From Podarcis vaucheri (Eukaryota), in the NCBI GenBank assembly GCA_965113315.1, contig OZ220369.1: 64,000 nt of DNA. The stretch is one strand, 5' to 3'. Both the position numbers and the translations under genes were made by a program. Below, piece after piece: positions 62,576-64,000 of this stretch; position 1 is the first letter of the stretch, and the number at the start of each line of letters is the position of its first letter. The notes beneath the pieces were generated by a model that saw nothing but the letters and a program-made list of their open reading frames with translations, was not told the origin of the DNA and did no database searches.

Positions 62576-62769
62576 TGACCAGAGCTATTGGAGAATGTAG
62601 CAAATTTCTGCCTAGGTTTGTTAATTTACCAGTAAAGAGATCTTGCTTTGTTATCAACAGGAATATCAAAAAACAAACCTCCTTCTTTTCTGGAATCCCT
62701 GGGTATATCTTAAGAAACATCAGATGCCACCAATAAATGATCCGTTTTGAACCTCATTTCCATCACTGG

Positions 62770-63200
62770 CCAGTAAAAAAGTAGCATTTACCAGAACATG
62801 GTGGGAAGTGTCCAGAATTGTGAAGAAATTAATTTGCTATGCAGGCATTTTCTTGCATGTGTTATTATGATGTATTAGGATGCATTATTTAACAGTATTA
62901 AAAATACACAGTTCTGGGATATTTGTAGGAATAACAAAATACAGGGGAAACACTTTAAAAAAACCCAACAACCTCCTGAAATAGCATTGCTGGGCATTTT
63001 CAGCAGAGACAACCAGGGATTATTATAGAAAAATGCAATTGGTTACTTATTAATGGCAGTAAGACTATTGATAGATAGGAAAAAGGCAAAGGATTTAAAC
63101 ATACAAAAATGGTATGATGTAATTTGGGACATAACACTTTCTGAAAAACTGAGGGAAAGGTTGAGTCAAGAAAAAGTAACAGGGACTCTGTATCAACGTC
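62770..63200 (+). mobile_element. Degraded L1-clade LINE ORF2 C-terminus
   Basis: Remnants resembling HMWWxCP (62797-62815), ALLGIF, LLMAVRLLI, WYDVIWDITLSEKL. Confidence 0.5.
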
Positions 63201-64000
63201 AAGCACCAGTTTTAAATGCCCACCCCCTCTTCTTTCCCCGCAAACACAGGGGCAAAATTGTGGTTAACTTCCAAATGACTCCACATTGCTAAACATTTCA
63301 AATTTTCCAAGGCTGACCGGGGTTGATTAAATATGTCCTCTCCTGCTGGAAGACTGCTAGGCTCACACTGCTGCTTCTTATTTTGTGGTGCCCTTCTCAG
63401 ATATCACATGAAACAAAGGAGGCAGGAAGGCAGGAATGTTGATGGCTTCAGTCTTCCATTGCCTAGAAATGCAGAAACCTGAAGCCATCTCAGACACAGA
63501 AAGCACTCTCACAAACAGGAAGAGGTGGAGATTCAGCCAGGCCTATGCAGCTTGTGAGCTGCCAGCCTAAACACCATCACCAGTCATGCATTGCAGCCTG
63601 CCAAGTGCGTAACAACCCCTTCCATTGTTTTGTGGTCCAAAGCAAGCAGCAAAATCCACAGATTTATCAATTTCCTGGTGGGGTGCAGTGCAAGGATAGT
63701 CAACTGTGTTTGCCTTGGAGGCTCGCAAGTGCATTTTATTAAAGCTGTTGTATGGAGTCATTTTTAATTTACATATAACCACTTTGCACGCATACACAGA
63801 AAAGCATAATAAATGCTCTAGGTAAATAATTTTATTTTTAACACCAGCTGCTTTTTAAAAGAACTGTACCTTTAAGAACTGATACTTCAATTCCCCTGTT
63901 CTCCTCCCTCCCCATCCCCTATTCCTTTTGTGTCATGTCTTTCAGATTGCAAGGCTGAAGGCACCACCCAAGACACTCTGGGAGCATTTTCAGCTGACAA

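Noticed and set aside
1-64000. Host protein-coding exons / gene identity
   Set aside because: No ORF-track peptide outside retroelements resembles a protein I recognise; short exons could be missed without alignment or RNA-seq

Overview
Vertebrate genomic DNA, almost certainly a squamate and probably a lacertid lizard (inferred from Sauria SINEs, BovB, CR1 with (TTCTATGA)n tails and Penelope pLTR fragments). I found no host protein-coding exon, so the window looks like a large intron or gene desert. It is dense with transposable elements and has several repeat-free, TAAT/TGTCA-rich stretches that may be conserved non-coding elements. The only real coding sequence is retroelement ORF2: a young 5'-truncated CR1 with one frameshift (34837-37523, -) and a BovB 3' end (57040-57772, +). 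The most striking structure is a 3.5-kb Tigger/pogo-type non-autonomous transposon (41757-45245). It carries 24 copies of a 112/113-bp GC-rich unit built from two palindromes, so the array is an alternating forward/reverse concatemer of a ~56-bp half-unit. The array has a 5-unit higher-order repeat and asymmetric edge units that suggest how it arose. Also notable are a Penelope inverted pLTR with two divergent minimal hammerhead motifs and several nested insertions. Coordinates were read by eye; family names come from recalled consensus features, not from a database search.
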